Assembly (NCBI GenBank): GCA_050250895.1
Contig: JBFWNU010000003.1
Span: 554,842 to 618,841 of the forward strand
Reading direction: 5' to 3'
DNA: 64,000 bases
Source: Vulcanimicrobiota bacterium
GTDB lineage: Bacteria > Vulcanimicrobiota > Xenobia > Xenobiales > JADMJV01
Position 1 is the stretch's first letter. Each line of letters starts with the position of its first letter. Position numbers and translations under genes: made by a program. The notes beneath the pieces are model-generated. The model searched no databases and was not told the origin of the DNA. It saw nothing but the letters and a program-made list of their open reading frames with translations. Shown here in pieces: positions 41,371 to 51,101 of the stretch.

Positions 41371-41771
41371 CTGCTTGAACTTCCGCGCGGAAGTCATTTC
41401 GCTAGCGAACGAGCGGTGAACGGAAGTTAGCAATTCGCTCGACGGGACGGCCCACAGCCTCGCCGAAGTCGTCACGGCTATTGAACCCGGAGGATGCACG
41501 ACCGCGCCTTGTCTTGCGACGCCATCACGCCCAACTGCTGCGTCGCGCTCACCGCTGCGGTGCTCAAATACAACCAGTATTATCCGCTCCTCGCGGCGCC
41601 CGCTCCTTGCATTTGAGCGCGCTATCGCCGCAATCCGGCGGCCCGACTGCGCATCATCCGGGTTGACGATTCCTATGACTCACCCTGGAAAGACGCGCTA
41701 GTGGACTTCTTCCAGCCTTTCCTGGACTTCTTCTTCCCGGCTATCGCCGATGAGGTCGACTGGTCTCAGCC

Positions 41772-41902
41772 GATGAGCGTCACCCCGGCCGCGGCTTGAC
41801 GGGAACGATGAGAACGCAAGTCCAGGACGCTGAACTGGCGCGGGCGCGACGTTCCCATCATTCCCTACCGGCGCTGCGCGCCGCGCCGCTGGGGTGACTT
41901 AC
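41772..41902. mobile_element. 131-bp structured element inserted in the rpn gene
   Basis: Removing it restores the frame (CAG CCG GTC GAA). Stem GTCACCCC/GGGGTGAC. Homologous to 4281-4411. Confidence 0.85.
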
Positions 41903-42497
41903 GGTCGAATCCCTCGATAAGGAGCTGCGGGCCATCACTCGCGAGGCCGAGAAGGGCCCGCGCGAGTGCGACCTGTTGCTGCAGGTCGGTCTGCTCAACG
42001 GGCAACCCGGGTGGTTCTACTTCCAGGTGGAAGTCCAGGCTCAACATGACAAGCAGTTCGCCCGGCGGGTCTATGTCTACAACTACCGGGTCTTCGACCG
42101 GTTCGGTGAAGATGTCTGCTCGCTGGCAATCCTGGCCGACACCTCGGCCAGTTGGCGACCCGACCGGCACACCTGGCAGCGCTTCGGGTGCAGCCTCGAT
42201 TTCCGCTTTCAGACCGTCAAGCTGACCGACCTGCGGCCCCGCCTGGCCGAACTCGAGACCAGCTCCAACCCCTTTGCTGCTTTCGTCTCCTTCCATCTTT
42301 GGACCCAGGCAACCCGAGGCAAGCCCAGGCAACGCATGACGGCCAAGCTGAGTCTCACCCGAGGCCTCTACCGGAGGGGTCTGTCTCGCGACCAGATTCA
42401 CAAGCTTTGGAGGCTGTTGGATTGGTTGATGACCCTGCCACCTCCCTATGCTTTACAATTCGGAGAAAAGCTGGCAAAGTATGAACAGGAGGACGCC

Positions 42498-42752
42498 GTG
42501 CCCTACATTTGTATGTTCGAACAGAGGGGTATCCAGAAAGGCCTCGAGCAAGGCCGCCAGGAGGGCCTTGAGCAAGGTCTCGAACAAGGTCAACTCGCCG
42601 AGGCGCGGCGCACCGTGATGACGCTCCTAGCCGCGCGCTTTGGTCAGGTGCCAGTGGGGCTCGACGAAACGCTGGCTGGCCAGAGCGACCTCGACGAACT
42701 GCGGCGATTGGCTTTGCGGGCGGCGCAGGTGGAGCGACTCGAAGACTTCTGA
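42498..42752 (+). CDS. Putative internally translated small Rpn C-terminal protein (84 aa)
   Basis: AGGAGG at 42487-42492, then 5 nt, then in-frame GTG (MPYICMFEQRG...). Confidence 0.5.
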   Translation: MPYICMFEQRGIQKGLEQGRQEGLEQGLEQGQLAEARRTVMTLLAARFGQVPVGLDETLAGQSDLDELRRLALRAAQVERLEDF

Positions 42753-42755
42753 GGG

Positions 42756-44027
42756 CTAGCCCAGCCACCCGGCCAGGCGGTCGAAGGCCTCCACCAGACG
42801 GGGGCAGTGTTGCTGGACGAACTGCTCGTCGAGGTCGTCCACCTCCGGAGCGGCCAATAGGGCCCAGCGACCGTCAAAGTCGACGATGGCCAGGCGAGCG
42901 GTGAGTTCGCCGCTGGGGCGGCCGAAGTCGCTGCCGGGTAGGATGGCCACCCCCGTGTCCTCGAGCAGACTGCGGCACAGTTCGGTGCTGCTATAGAGGC
43001 CGCGGCCGGCCAGTTTGGCGGCCAGGGGCGTGAAGTCGGCGAAGAGATAGAAGGCTCCGTCGGGCGAGGGCACTTTGGCTCCGCAGGCGCGCAGGCGGTC
43101 CACCGAATAGGCGGCCACGGCCGAGAGGATGCGCCGCGATTGGGTGAGATAGTCCTCGATGTCGGGCCCGCCCGAGAAGGCGCGAATGCCGGCGCACTGG
43201 ATGGGCGCCGAGGTCGAGGTGAAGCTTTCGCTGGCGATCACGCTGACCGCCTCGAGCAGCCAGCGCAGGTTGGGCGGGAAGAAGAAGGTTCCCAGGCGCC
43301 AGCCGCCAGCTCCGCACCACTTGCTGAGCCCGCCCGAGACGATGGTGCCCTCGGGATAGAGGCTGGCCAGGCTCAGGTGCTGGCCGCGGTGATGCACCTC
43401 GCCGTAGATCTCGTCAGAGAGCACCAGGAGGCGATGGCGGCGGGCCACCTCGGCCAAGGCCTCGAGCTGGGTCTGGTCGTAGCTCGTGCCGGTGGGATTG
43501 TTGGGATAGTTGAGAATCAACAGGCGCGGACGGCCGGGGTCTTGAGCCAGGGCAGCGTCGAGCACTTCGGGCTTGAGGCGAAAGCCGTCTTCGAGCAAGG
43601 TCGGCAGCCAGTTCACCTGGCGTCCGGCGATCTGGGCTTGGGGCGCGTAGGAGACCCAGCTCGGGCTCGGCAGCAGCAGCTCGCCGTAGTAGGCCAGTTG
43701 CAGCAAAAACATGAGTTCTTTCGAGCCGGGGCCGATGACCACCTGAGAGGGTCCCCAGTCGAGGCCGTCGCGGCGCTGGTGATAGTCGGCCACCGCCTGG
43801 CGCAGCTCGGGCAAACCTTGCACCGGCGTGTATTCCTTGCGAAACGAGTGCTGCTGCAGGGCGTCGACTACGCTCTCGGGCACGGGGAAGGGCGACTGCC
43901 CCAGGCCCAGCTTATAGACCGACCGTCCCTCGGCTCGCAGCTGGGCGCACTTTTCGTTGATGGCCAGGGTGGCCGAGCGCTTCAAACCGCGTACTTTCAG
44001 GTCTAGATGGATGTCCGGATGGGCCAT
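42756..44027 (-). CDS. PLP-dependent aminotransferase class I/II
   Basis: NYPNNPTG, SDEIY, GGLSKWCGAGGWRLG, PDGAFY. Confidence 0.92.
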   Translation of the reverse strand: MAHPDIHLDLKVRGLKRSATLAINEKCAQLRAEGRSVYKLGLGQSPFPVPESVVDALQQHSFRKEYTPVQGLPELRQAVADYHQRRDGLDWGPSQVVIGPGSKELMFLLQLAYYGELLLPSPSWVSYAPQAQIAGRQVNWLPTLLEDGFRLKPEVLDAALAQDPGRPRLLILNYPNNPTGTSYDQTQLEALAEVARRHRLLVLSDEIYGEVHHRGQHLSLASLYPEGTIVSGGLSKWCGAGGWRLGTFFFPPNLRWLLEAVSVIASESFTSTSAPIQCAGIRAFSGGPDIEDYLTQSRRILSAVAAYSVDRLRACGAKVPSPDGAFYLFADFTPLAAKLAGRGLYSSTELCRSLLEDTGVAILPGSDFGRPSGELTARLAIVDFDGRWALLAAPEVDDLDEQFVQQHCPRLVEAFDRLAGWLG

Positions 44028-44096
44028 GAGAAACCGCCATTGAATTTCTTTCAGTCTTCTTTCAGCCTCGGCTGGTAGCCTCCTCAATTGGGAGGA

Positions 44097-44459
44097 ATGG
44101 AGTTTATGAGTGCAATAGAATCTGGCCTTCTCAAGGCCTGGAGTGTTTTCGTCAAAGTGGCCGTGCCGGTCGTCTTCGGAGCCGTGCTGGGCGCGTTGGG
44201 CCTGTGGTTGAGCCTGGGCTGGTGCGGCTGGCTGGGCTATCAGAAGGGCATGCGCCGTTGCCGCCGCAAGAGCCTGCCCGGCTATAGCGGGGTCGGCTAT
44301 CTGACGATCGCCTGGGGAACGGTGGGTTTTCTGTTCGCGCTGGTCGGCGCGGTGGTGGGGGCTCCGGCCGTCCTCTGGTGGACCTTCGTAGCCGGCGCCG
44401 CCGGCATGCGTCGGGCCGAGGCCGTGCGCATGCAAGCCTGTCCCATGGCCTGCGGCTAG
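44097..44459 (+). CDS. Small hypothetical membrane protein
   Basis: Hydrophobic ORF preceded by GGAGG. Confidence 0.45.
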   Translation: MEFMSAIESGLLKAWSVFVKVAVPVVFGAVLGALGLWLSLGWCGWLGYQKGMRRCRRKSLPGYSGVGYLTIAWGTVGFLFALVGAVVGAPAVLWWTFVAGAAGMRRAEAVRMQACPMACG

Positions 44460-44521
44460 CCCGGGAGGTCTTCTGGCCGGTCGAGAGAAGGCTTCCCTAT
44501 CACTCGGAGGGGGACCGCAAG

Positions 44522-44838
44522 ATGGCCTGGACCTGGACTCACCCTGAGTTGGGAACGTTCGTTTATGACGACGACGAAGAGTGCTGGTGCACAGAGTTCA
44601 GGGAGGCAGCCTTCGATCGCTTTGGCCCACCCGAGTCACCCTATAGGTTGCTGATACACACGATTTCCGAGCCCTGGTCTTTCGCAGTGACCTGACGCCG
44701 CCCCTGGTCGAGTTGCGCTTTCGAGCGCCTTTCGAAGATGAGCACGGCGTGGGTGTGCTGTCAGACGGTCAAACCATTGTGGGTCTGGGCTACTCTCACG
44801 ATGCGACCCCGTTCCTGGAGGCGCCCGCCGACAGCTGA
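44522..44838 (+). pseudogene. Frameshifted remnant of a DUF6985/DUF2004-like protein
   Basis: MAWTWTHPELGTF... stops at 44695; another frame continues PLVELRFRAPFEDEHGVGVL...GLGYS to TGA at 44838. Confidence 0.4.
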
Positions 44839-44911
44839 CGGCTCGTCTGTCCCAGGGTCGTCTGCTAGTCTGTCCCTTCCCGGAGTGGGGGGGAGCTGAT
44901 ATAACACACAG

Positions 44912-46315
44912 GTGACACCTTACCTGCGCATTCACGTTCCGGGGCAGACGACAGCCCTTTCCATCGCCGAGTCGATCGCCGGCCAGCTCGAGCGGGGACG
45001 CCTGCCTGACGGCGGGCGGTTGCCTCCGGTGCGAGTGTTGGCCCACCAGCTGGGCGTCTCGAAGAACACCGTTCAGGCCGGCTATGACGAGCTGGCCGCT
45101 CGCGGACTGGCCGAATCGCTGCATCGGCGCGGCGTGTTTCTGGTGAAGAGTCCCGAGCGAGCCGGGCAGGCTGCCCTGATCGAGCCTTCGATGCCGCAGC
45201 TGATGCCCCACCGGCTGCGGCCTTATCCGGGCCCCGAGCTGCTCAACCTGTCGACGGTCTTCATCGACCCCGAGCTGCTGCCGGTCGAGCAACTCACGGC
45301 CTGCTATCGGGCCGTGCTGGCGCGCGAGGGTCTGCCGGTGGGCTACCAGGCGCAAGGCTATCTGCCCCTGCGCGAGGCGATCGCCGAGCGGCTGCGCCAG
45401 CGAGGCATCGCCGTCGAGACTGATGAGGTCATCGTGACGGTCGGCTCCCAGCAGGCTCTTGACGTGACCTGCCGAGCCCTGGCTCATAAGAGCGTGGCCA
45501 CCGAGAACCCCGCCTATGCCATCGGCAAGCGGCTCTTCGAGATGAACCAGATGCAGGTGTACGGCCTGCCGCTCGATCCCTTTGACGGCCCCGACCTCGA
45601 AGTGTGGCGACGCGAGCTCAAGAAACATCGGCCGGGCCTGCTCTATCTGACCTCGAACTTTCAGAACCCGACGGGCTACTCCTATACCACCAGCGAGCTG
45701 CTGGAGCTGGCCGAGCTGTCGGCCGAGCTTGGCTTTGGCATCATCGAAGACGACTGGGGCTCGGATATGCTGAGCTTCTCAGAGTTTCGTCCGCCGCTAC
45801 GGGCTCTGGCCGGGCCAGGCATCTTGTATATCAACTCGTTCACCAAGAAGCTGCTGCCGTCGCTTCGCATCGGCTATCTGGTGGCCCACCGCAGCCTCGT
45901 GCCCACCCTGGTCGAGGCCAAGCGGGCGGCCTCGTTGGGCAATCCTTTGCTCGAGGAGATGGCCCTGTGCGAGTTCTTGCAACGCGGCTACTATGACACT
46001 CACCTGCGCAAGCTGCAGGTCGAGCTCGACCGCCGCTATCAGAACTGCCTCGAACTGCTCGACGAGCTGATGCCCGAGGGCTGTCGCTGGGGACGGCCCG
46101 GCGGCGGCCCGCTGGTCTGGCTCGAGCTGCCTCGCTCGGTCGACTTTGCGACCCTCGAGGCCCGGTTAGGCGAGCAGGGCGTGTGCTTGCGCAACGACCC
46201 CGAGCACTTCTTCGGCGAGCCCCACCTGCACGGCTTTCCGATCGGCTTTGCCCACCTCGCTCCCGAGCGCCTGGAACAGGGCTTGCGGGTGCTGGCCGCG
46301 GGCCTGACTCGCTAG
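44912..46315 (+). CDS. MocR/GntR-family PLP-dependent transcription regulator
   Basis: LPPVRVLAHQLGVSKNTV HTH; FQNPTG, IIEDD, SFTKKLLPSLRIGY. Confidence 0.93.
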   Translation: MTPYLRIHVPGQTTALSIAESIAGQLERGRLPDGGRLPPVRVLAHQLGVSKNTVQAGYDELAARGLAESLHRRGVFLVKSPERAGQAALIEPSMPQLMPHRLRPYPGPELLNLSTVFIDPELLPVEQLTACYRAVLAREGLPVGYQAQGYLPLREAIAERLRQRGIAVETDEVIVTVGSQQALDVTCRALAHKSVATENPAYAIGKRLFEMNQMQVYGLPLDPFDGPDLEVWRRELKKHRPGLLYLTSNFQNPTGYSYTTSELLELAELSAELGFGIIEDDWGSDMLSFSEFRPPLRALAGPGILYINSFTKKLLPSLRIGYLVAHRSLVPTLVEAKRAASLGNPLLEEMALCEFLQRGYYDTHLRKLQVELDRRYQNCLELLDELMPEGCRWGRPGGGPLVWLELPRSVDFATLEARLGEQGVCLRNDPEHFFGEPHLHGFPIGFAHLAPERLEQGLRVLAAGLTR

Positions 46316-46350
46316 TTTAACCTGCATCCACCGGGCTGCAACGCCTTCAA

Positions 46351-48275
46351 CGGCGGCGAGTTGTGCGCCGCACAGTGACGATTTGGGAGTGTACGGCGCA
46401 AGTGTGCGCCGCACAGTGGTCATGGTGGTGTGCACGGCGCACATCGGGCTGGCCCGGCCACGTCGGCAGGCCCTGGGCAAGCCAGTTTCGTCGGCGGCGG
46501 CCAGTTGCGGGCCGAGATGAACATAACCCGCCGCCGCCAGCCTGGGCTAGCTGGGTAGCCGACTTCCGCACGGAAGAGCAGCCTCCCCGAATACGGCGCC
46601 ACCTAGTGCCGTACCGCCGTCCGCCAGCCTCACCAGCCCGGCAGGCCCTGGACCAGCCAGGTGGGTCGGCGGCGGCGAGTTGTGCGCCGCACAGTGACGA
46701 TTTGGGAGTGAACGGCGCAAGTGTGCGCCGCACAGTGGTTCTGGTGGTATGTGCGGCGCACATCGGGCAGGCCAGTACGGCGCCACCACGTGCCGAATTC
46801 GGCACCACCTGGTGCCGTACCGCCCCCCGCCAGCCTGGGTAGCCCGGCCACGGTCGCGGGCCGAGCCCACTTCCGCACGGAAGAGCAACCTCCCCGAGTA
46901 CGGCGCCACCACGTGCCGAATTCGGCACCACCTGGTGCCGTCCCGCCCCCGCCACACCCACCGGCCAGCCGCACCCGCCGGCCCGGCCACGGTCGCGGGG
47001 CCAGCCGACTTCCGCACGGAAGAGCAACCTCCCCGAATACGGCGCCACCTAGTGCCGTACCGCCGCCCGCCAGCCTCACCAGCCCGGCAGGCCCTGGACC
47101 AGCCAGGTGGGTCGGCGGCGGCGAGTTGTGCGCCGCAAAGTGACGATTTGGGAGTGAACGGCGCAAGTGTGCGCCGCACAGTGGTTCTGGTGGTATGTGC
47201 GGCGCACATCGGGCAGGCCCGGCCACATCGTCAGGCCCTGGGCAAGCCAGTTTCGTCGGCGGCGGCGAGTTGCGGGCCGAGATGAGCATAACCCGCGGCC
47301 AGCCAGCCTGGGCTAGCGGGGCAGCCGACTTCCGCACGGAAGAGCAACCTCCCCGAGTACGGCGCCACCACGTGCCGACTTCGGCACCACCTGGTGCCGT
47401 ACCGCCCCCCGCCAGCCTGGGTAGCCCGGCCACGGTCGCGGGCCGAGCCCACTTCCGCACGGAAGAGCAACCTCCCCGAGTAAGGCGCCACCACGTGCCG
47501 AATTCGGCACCACCTGGTGCCGTACCGCCCCCGCCACACCCACCGGCCAGCCGCACCCGCCGGCCCGGCCACGGTCGCGGGGCCAGCCGACTTCCGCAAG
47601 GAAGAGCAACCTCGCCGAGTACGGCGCCACCACGTGCCGAATTCGGCACCACCTGGTGCCGTACCGCCCCCGCCACACCCACCGGCCAGCCGCACCCGCC
47701 GGCCCGGCCACGGTCGCGGGGCCAGCCGACTTCCGCAAGGAAGAGCAACCTCGCCGAGTACGGCGCCACCACGTGCCGAATTCGGCACCACCTGGTGCCG
47801 TACCGCCCCCGCCACACCCACCGGCCAGCCGCCCCCGCCGGCCCGGCCACGGTCGGGGGCCGAGCCCACTTCCGCACAAAAGAGCAACCTGGCCCGAGTA
47901 CGGCGCCATCACGTGCCGAATCCGGCGCCACCTGGTGCCGTACCGCCCCCCCCAGCCTGGGCAGCCCGGCCACGGTCGCGGGGCCAGCCGACTTCCGCAA
48001 GGAAGAGCCACTTCACCGAGTACGGCGCCACCACGTGCCGAATTCGGCGCCACCTGGTGCCGTACCGCCCCCCGCCACACCCACCGGCCAGCCGCACCCG
48101 CCGGCCCGGCCACGGTCGCGGGGCCAGCCGACTTCCGCAAGGAAGAGCCACTTCACCGAGTACGGCGCCACGTGCCGAATTCGGCACCACCTGGTGCCGT
48201 ACCGCCCCCCGCCACACCCACCGGCCAGCCGCACCCGCCGGCCCGGCCACGGTCGCGGGCCAGCCAACTTCCGCC
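46351..48275. repeat. About 1.9-kb mosaic array of palindromic modules (not CRISPR)
   Basis: ACTTCCGCA(C/A)GGAAGAGC x11 (some degenerate); nested palindrome around GTGCCGAATTCGGCAC x9 plus 2 short forms; triple TGTGCG(C/G)CGCACA module x3; periods 123-140 bp. Confidence 0.95.
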
Positions 48276-48303
48276 AGCCGCCCCGGCCAGCCCGATCGGA
48301 TGA

Positions 48304-48347
48304 GTCAGAATATGACAAAAGGTTTCTGACGATACCCCGACAAAAGG
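48304..48347 (+). promoter_or_regulatory. Candidate operator of the M24-ALDH-aldolase operon
   Basis: Inverted repeat GTCAGAA-N13-TTCTGAC; direct repeat GACAAAAGG at 48314 and 48339. Confidence 0.35.
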
Positions 48348-48370
48348 CAAGCCTTAGGAGGCCTGTCTTA

Positions 48371-49636
48371 GTGAGCGAAGTGAAGAACGAGATCTCGGCC
48401 GAGCTGTTTCCCGAGGCCGAAGGGGTAGAGGGTGATTTCATCCCGGCCGAGCATGCGGCCGAGCAGGTGTTTTATCCCGAGGTCTACTCACACAAAATCG
48501 TGTTTCCGGCCAGCGAGTATGCCGAGCGCATCGCGCGCCTGCGCGAAGAGATGGAGCGGCGCGGGTTGGCCGGGCTGATGGTGACCATCCCCGAGAATAT
48601 CTACTATCTGTGTGGGCTCGACCACATGGGCTACTTTGCCTACCAGGCCTTGATTTTGCCCAAGAAGGGCGAGGCGGTGCTGGTGACCCGGGCCATGGAG
48701 CAGGCCACCGTCTGGGACCAGGTCAACGGCGTGCGCCACGTGGGCTATAAGGACCACGAAGATCCGGCCGAGGTGACCATCGACGTCCTGCGCACGCTGG
48801 GTTTGACCCGTGGCCGGATCGGGCTCGAGAAGGCCGGCAACTTTCTCTCTTTTCGGGTGGCCGAGACGATCCTCGAGGGTAGCTCGTCGGCCTCGTGGGA
48901 GGATTCGTCCGAGCTGGTCAGCGAGTTGCGTTTGATCAAGTCTCCGCTGGAGTTGGAGTGCACCCGGCGAGCGGCGGCGGTGTCGGATGCCATGATGCGA
49001 GTGGCGATCGACACGGCCGGGGCGGGGGTCAACGAGCGACAGATCATGGCCGAGCTTTATCGCACCATGATCCTGGAGGGAGGCACCTATCCCGGCTTTG
49101 TGCCGTTGGTGCGCTCCACCCGCACCATCAAGCACGAGCATGGCACCTGGAGCGACACCGAACTCGAGCATGGCGATGTGCTGTTTCTCGAGATGTCAGG
49201 TTGTGTGCAGCGTTACCACGCGCCCATCGGTCGGTTGGTGTTCATCGGTGATTCGCCTCCCGGTACCCAGCGCACTCAGGAAATCTGCAACGCCGCCATG
49301 GAGGCGGTGCAAGAGCGCATCGCTCCGGGAGTGAAGGCGGGTGACGTCTATGGCGCCTGGCAGCAGGCGGTCAAGCAGGCGGGCTTGAGCTATCGTCGCC
49401 ACCACTGCGGCTATACGGTGGGCATCGGCTTTCCGCCCAGCTGGTCGGGTGGGGGAGTGCCGGTCAGCCTGCGCCCCAGTTCGGACATGGTGCTGCAGTC
49501 GGGCATGGTGTTTCACCTGATGTCGTGGCTGCTCGAGGCCGGCACCGGCGACTTTTTCCTGTCCGACACGGCCATCGTCACCGACGACGGCTGCGAGCTG
49601 CTGACCAGCGTGCATCGCTACGTCACGGTCAAGTAA
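48371..49636 (+). CDS. M24-fold hydrolase, ectoine hydrolase DoeA/EutD-like
   Basis: SD AGGAGG with GTG 48371; EMSGCVQRYHAP, GYTVGIGFPPSW, GMVFHLM; lacks the canonical prolidase metal ligands. Confidence 0.75.
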   Translation: MSEVKNEISAELFPEAEGVEGDFIPAEHAAEQVFYPEVYSHKIVFPASEYAERIARLREEMERRGLAGLMVTIPENIYYLCGLDHMGYFAYQALILPKKGEAVLVTRAMEQATVWDQVNGVRHVGYKDHEDPAEVTIDVLRTLGLTRGRIGLEKAGNFLSFRVAETILEGSSSASWEDSSELVSELRLIKSPLELECTRRAAAVSDAMMRVAIDTAGAGVNERQIMAELYRTMILEGGTYPGFVPLVRSTRTIKHEHGTWSDTELEHGDVLFLEMSGCVQRYHAPIGRLVFIGDSPPGTQRTQEICNAAMEAVQERIAPGVKAGDVYGAWQQAVKQAGLSYRRHHCGYTVGIGFPPSWSGGGVPVSLRPSSDMVLQSGMVFHLMSWLLEAGTGDFFLSDTAIVTDDGCELLTSVHRYVTVK

Positions 49637-49652
49637 CCTGAAGGGAGCAAAG

Positions 49653-51101
49653 ATGGAGACTCTCCAGATGTACATCGGTGGCGAGTGGGTCGACAGCCTC
49701 ACGGGGCAGACCTTCGAAGCCACCAACCCGGCCACCCAGGAGGTGATCGCTCACCTTCAAGAGGGCGGGCGCGAGGACGCTCGTCGGGCCATTGAAGCGG
49801 CCAATCGGGCTCGGCCGGTTGCCGCGCGCATGTCGGTGTGGGAGCGCTCGAAGATGTGTTTTCGCCTGGCCGAGGCCATCGAGCGCCATGCCGAAGAGCT
49901 GGCCCAGGTACTCACCCGCGACCAGGGCAAGCCGCTGCATGGCGAGGCACGTTTTGAGGTGTCCAAGGCAGCCGAGGGCTTTCGTTATGCGGGCGAGCAG
50001 GTGAAGTGGCTCGAGACCTCGGTCATTCCGGTCGAGGCCGCTAGCAAACGTGTCTTCTCGATTCGCCAACCGCGCGGAGTCTATGCCATCGTCACTCCCT
50101 GGAACTTCCCCTACAACATTCCGGTCGAATACATGGCGCCGGGGCTGGCGGCCGGCAACACCATCGTGTGGGTGCCTGCTCCGACCACCTCGGTGTGCGC
50201 CGTCAAGCTGATGAAGGTGCTCGAAGAGGCGGATGTGCCGCCCGGTTTCATCAACCTGGTGACGGGGCCGGGGCCGGTGGTGGGCGACGAGATCGTGGGC
50301 CATCCCGATACCCACGCGGTAGGTTTCACCGGCAGCCCCGAGACGGGGCGAAAGATTGCCCAGCGGGCGGCCTGCAAGCCATGTCTGCTCGAACTGGGAG
50401 GCAACGGCCCCACCGTGATTCTCGACGATGCCGATCTTGATCCCGCGGCCAGTGCCACGGCCCTGGGGTGCTGGCTCAACGCCGGCCAGATCTGCTGCGC
50501 CACCGAGCGCATTCTGGTGCACGAGCGGGTGCGCGACCAGGTGGTCGAGGGTCTGGTCAAGAGCGCCAACGGCGTGGTGCTGGGCGATCCCACTCGGGCC
50601 GAGACGACCATGGGTCCCCTCAACAACGAGCCCACCGCCCACAAGAACGACGGCCATATCGCCGACGCCCTCGAGAAGGGCGCCCGCCTGCTGGCCGGAG
50701 GCAGCCGCCAGCCCAAGCTCGGCTCGCCCCTGTTCTATCAGCCCACGGTGCTGGTGGACTGCAAGCCAGAGATGCTGGTCAACCATGAAGAAAGCTTTGG
50801 TCCGCTGGCTCCGGTGTTCACCGTTGGGGATGACGAAGAGGCTCTGCGGCTGGCCAATCAGTGCGATCTGGGCCTGGTATCGGCCGTCTTTACCCGCGAC
50901 CTCAATCGAGCCTTCAAGTTCTCGGAACGGTTGCAAACCGGCATCGTGATGGTCAACGAATTCACCGACTATTGGGAACTCCACATCCCCTTCGGCGGGG
51001 CCTCGGGCAAGCGCAGCGGAGTGGGCCGCATCGGCGGCCGCCAGGCCCTGCTCGAGATGACCGACCTCAAGACCATCTGCTTTGAAGTCGGCACCCTGTG
51101 A
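49653..51101 (+). CDS. NAD(P)-dependent aldehyde dehydrogenase
   Basis: PWNFP, FTGS, LELGGN, NAGQIC, EESFGP. Confidence 0.95.
   Translation: METLQMYIGGEWVDSLTGQTFEATNPATQEVIAHLQEGGREDARRAIEAANRARPVAARMSVWERSKMCFRLAEAIERHAEELAQVLTRDQGKPLHGEARFEVSKAAEGFRYAGEQVKWLETSVIPVEAASKRVFSIRQPRGVYAIVTPWNFPYNIPVEYMAPGLAAGNTIVWVPAPTTSVCAVKLMKVLEEADVPPGFINLVTGPGPVVGDEIVGHPDTHAVGFTGSPETGRKIAQRAACKPCLLELGGNGPTVILDDADLDPAASATALGCWLNAGQICCATERILVHERVRDQVVEGLVKSANGVVLGDPTRAETTMGPLNNEPTAHKNDGHIADALEKGARLLAGGSRQPKLGSPLFYQPTVLVDCKPEMLVNHEESFGPLAPVFTVGDDEEALRLANQCDLGLVSAVFTRDLNRAFKFSERLQTGIVMVNEFTDYWELHIPFGGASGKRSGVGRIGGRQALLEMTDLKTICFEVGTL

Larger units (their letters stand above)
41662..42752 (+). pseudogene. Rpn-family (PD-(D/E)xK, putative transposase-like) nuclease interrupted by a 131-bp element
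   Basis: YDSPWKDAL..FF..FLDFFFP....VDWSQP | VESLDKEL...DLL...VEVQ...RVYVYNYRVFDRF; EQGRQEG repeats. No canonical start codon seen. Confidence 0.85.

Noticed and set aside
46351-48275. CRISPR array
   Set aside because: The linkers between palindromes are themselves repeated, the periods of 123-190 bp are too long, and no cas genes are present.
47195-48370. 392-aa N-terminal extension of the M24 hydrolase, and other ORFs across both arrays
   Set aside because: Stop-poor GC-rich repeats are open in most frames, the repeat periods are mostly not multiples of 3, and a good SD with GTG exists at 48371.
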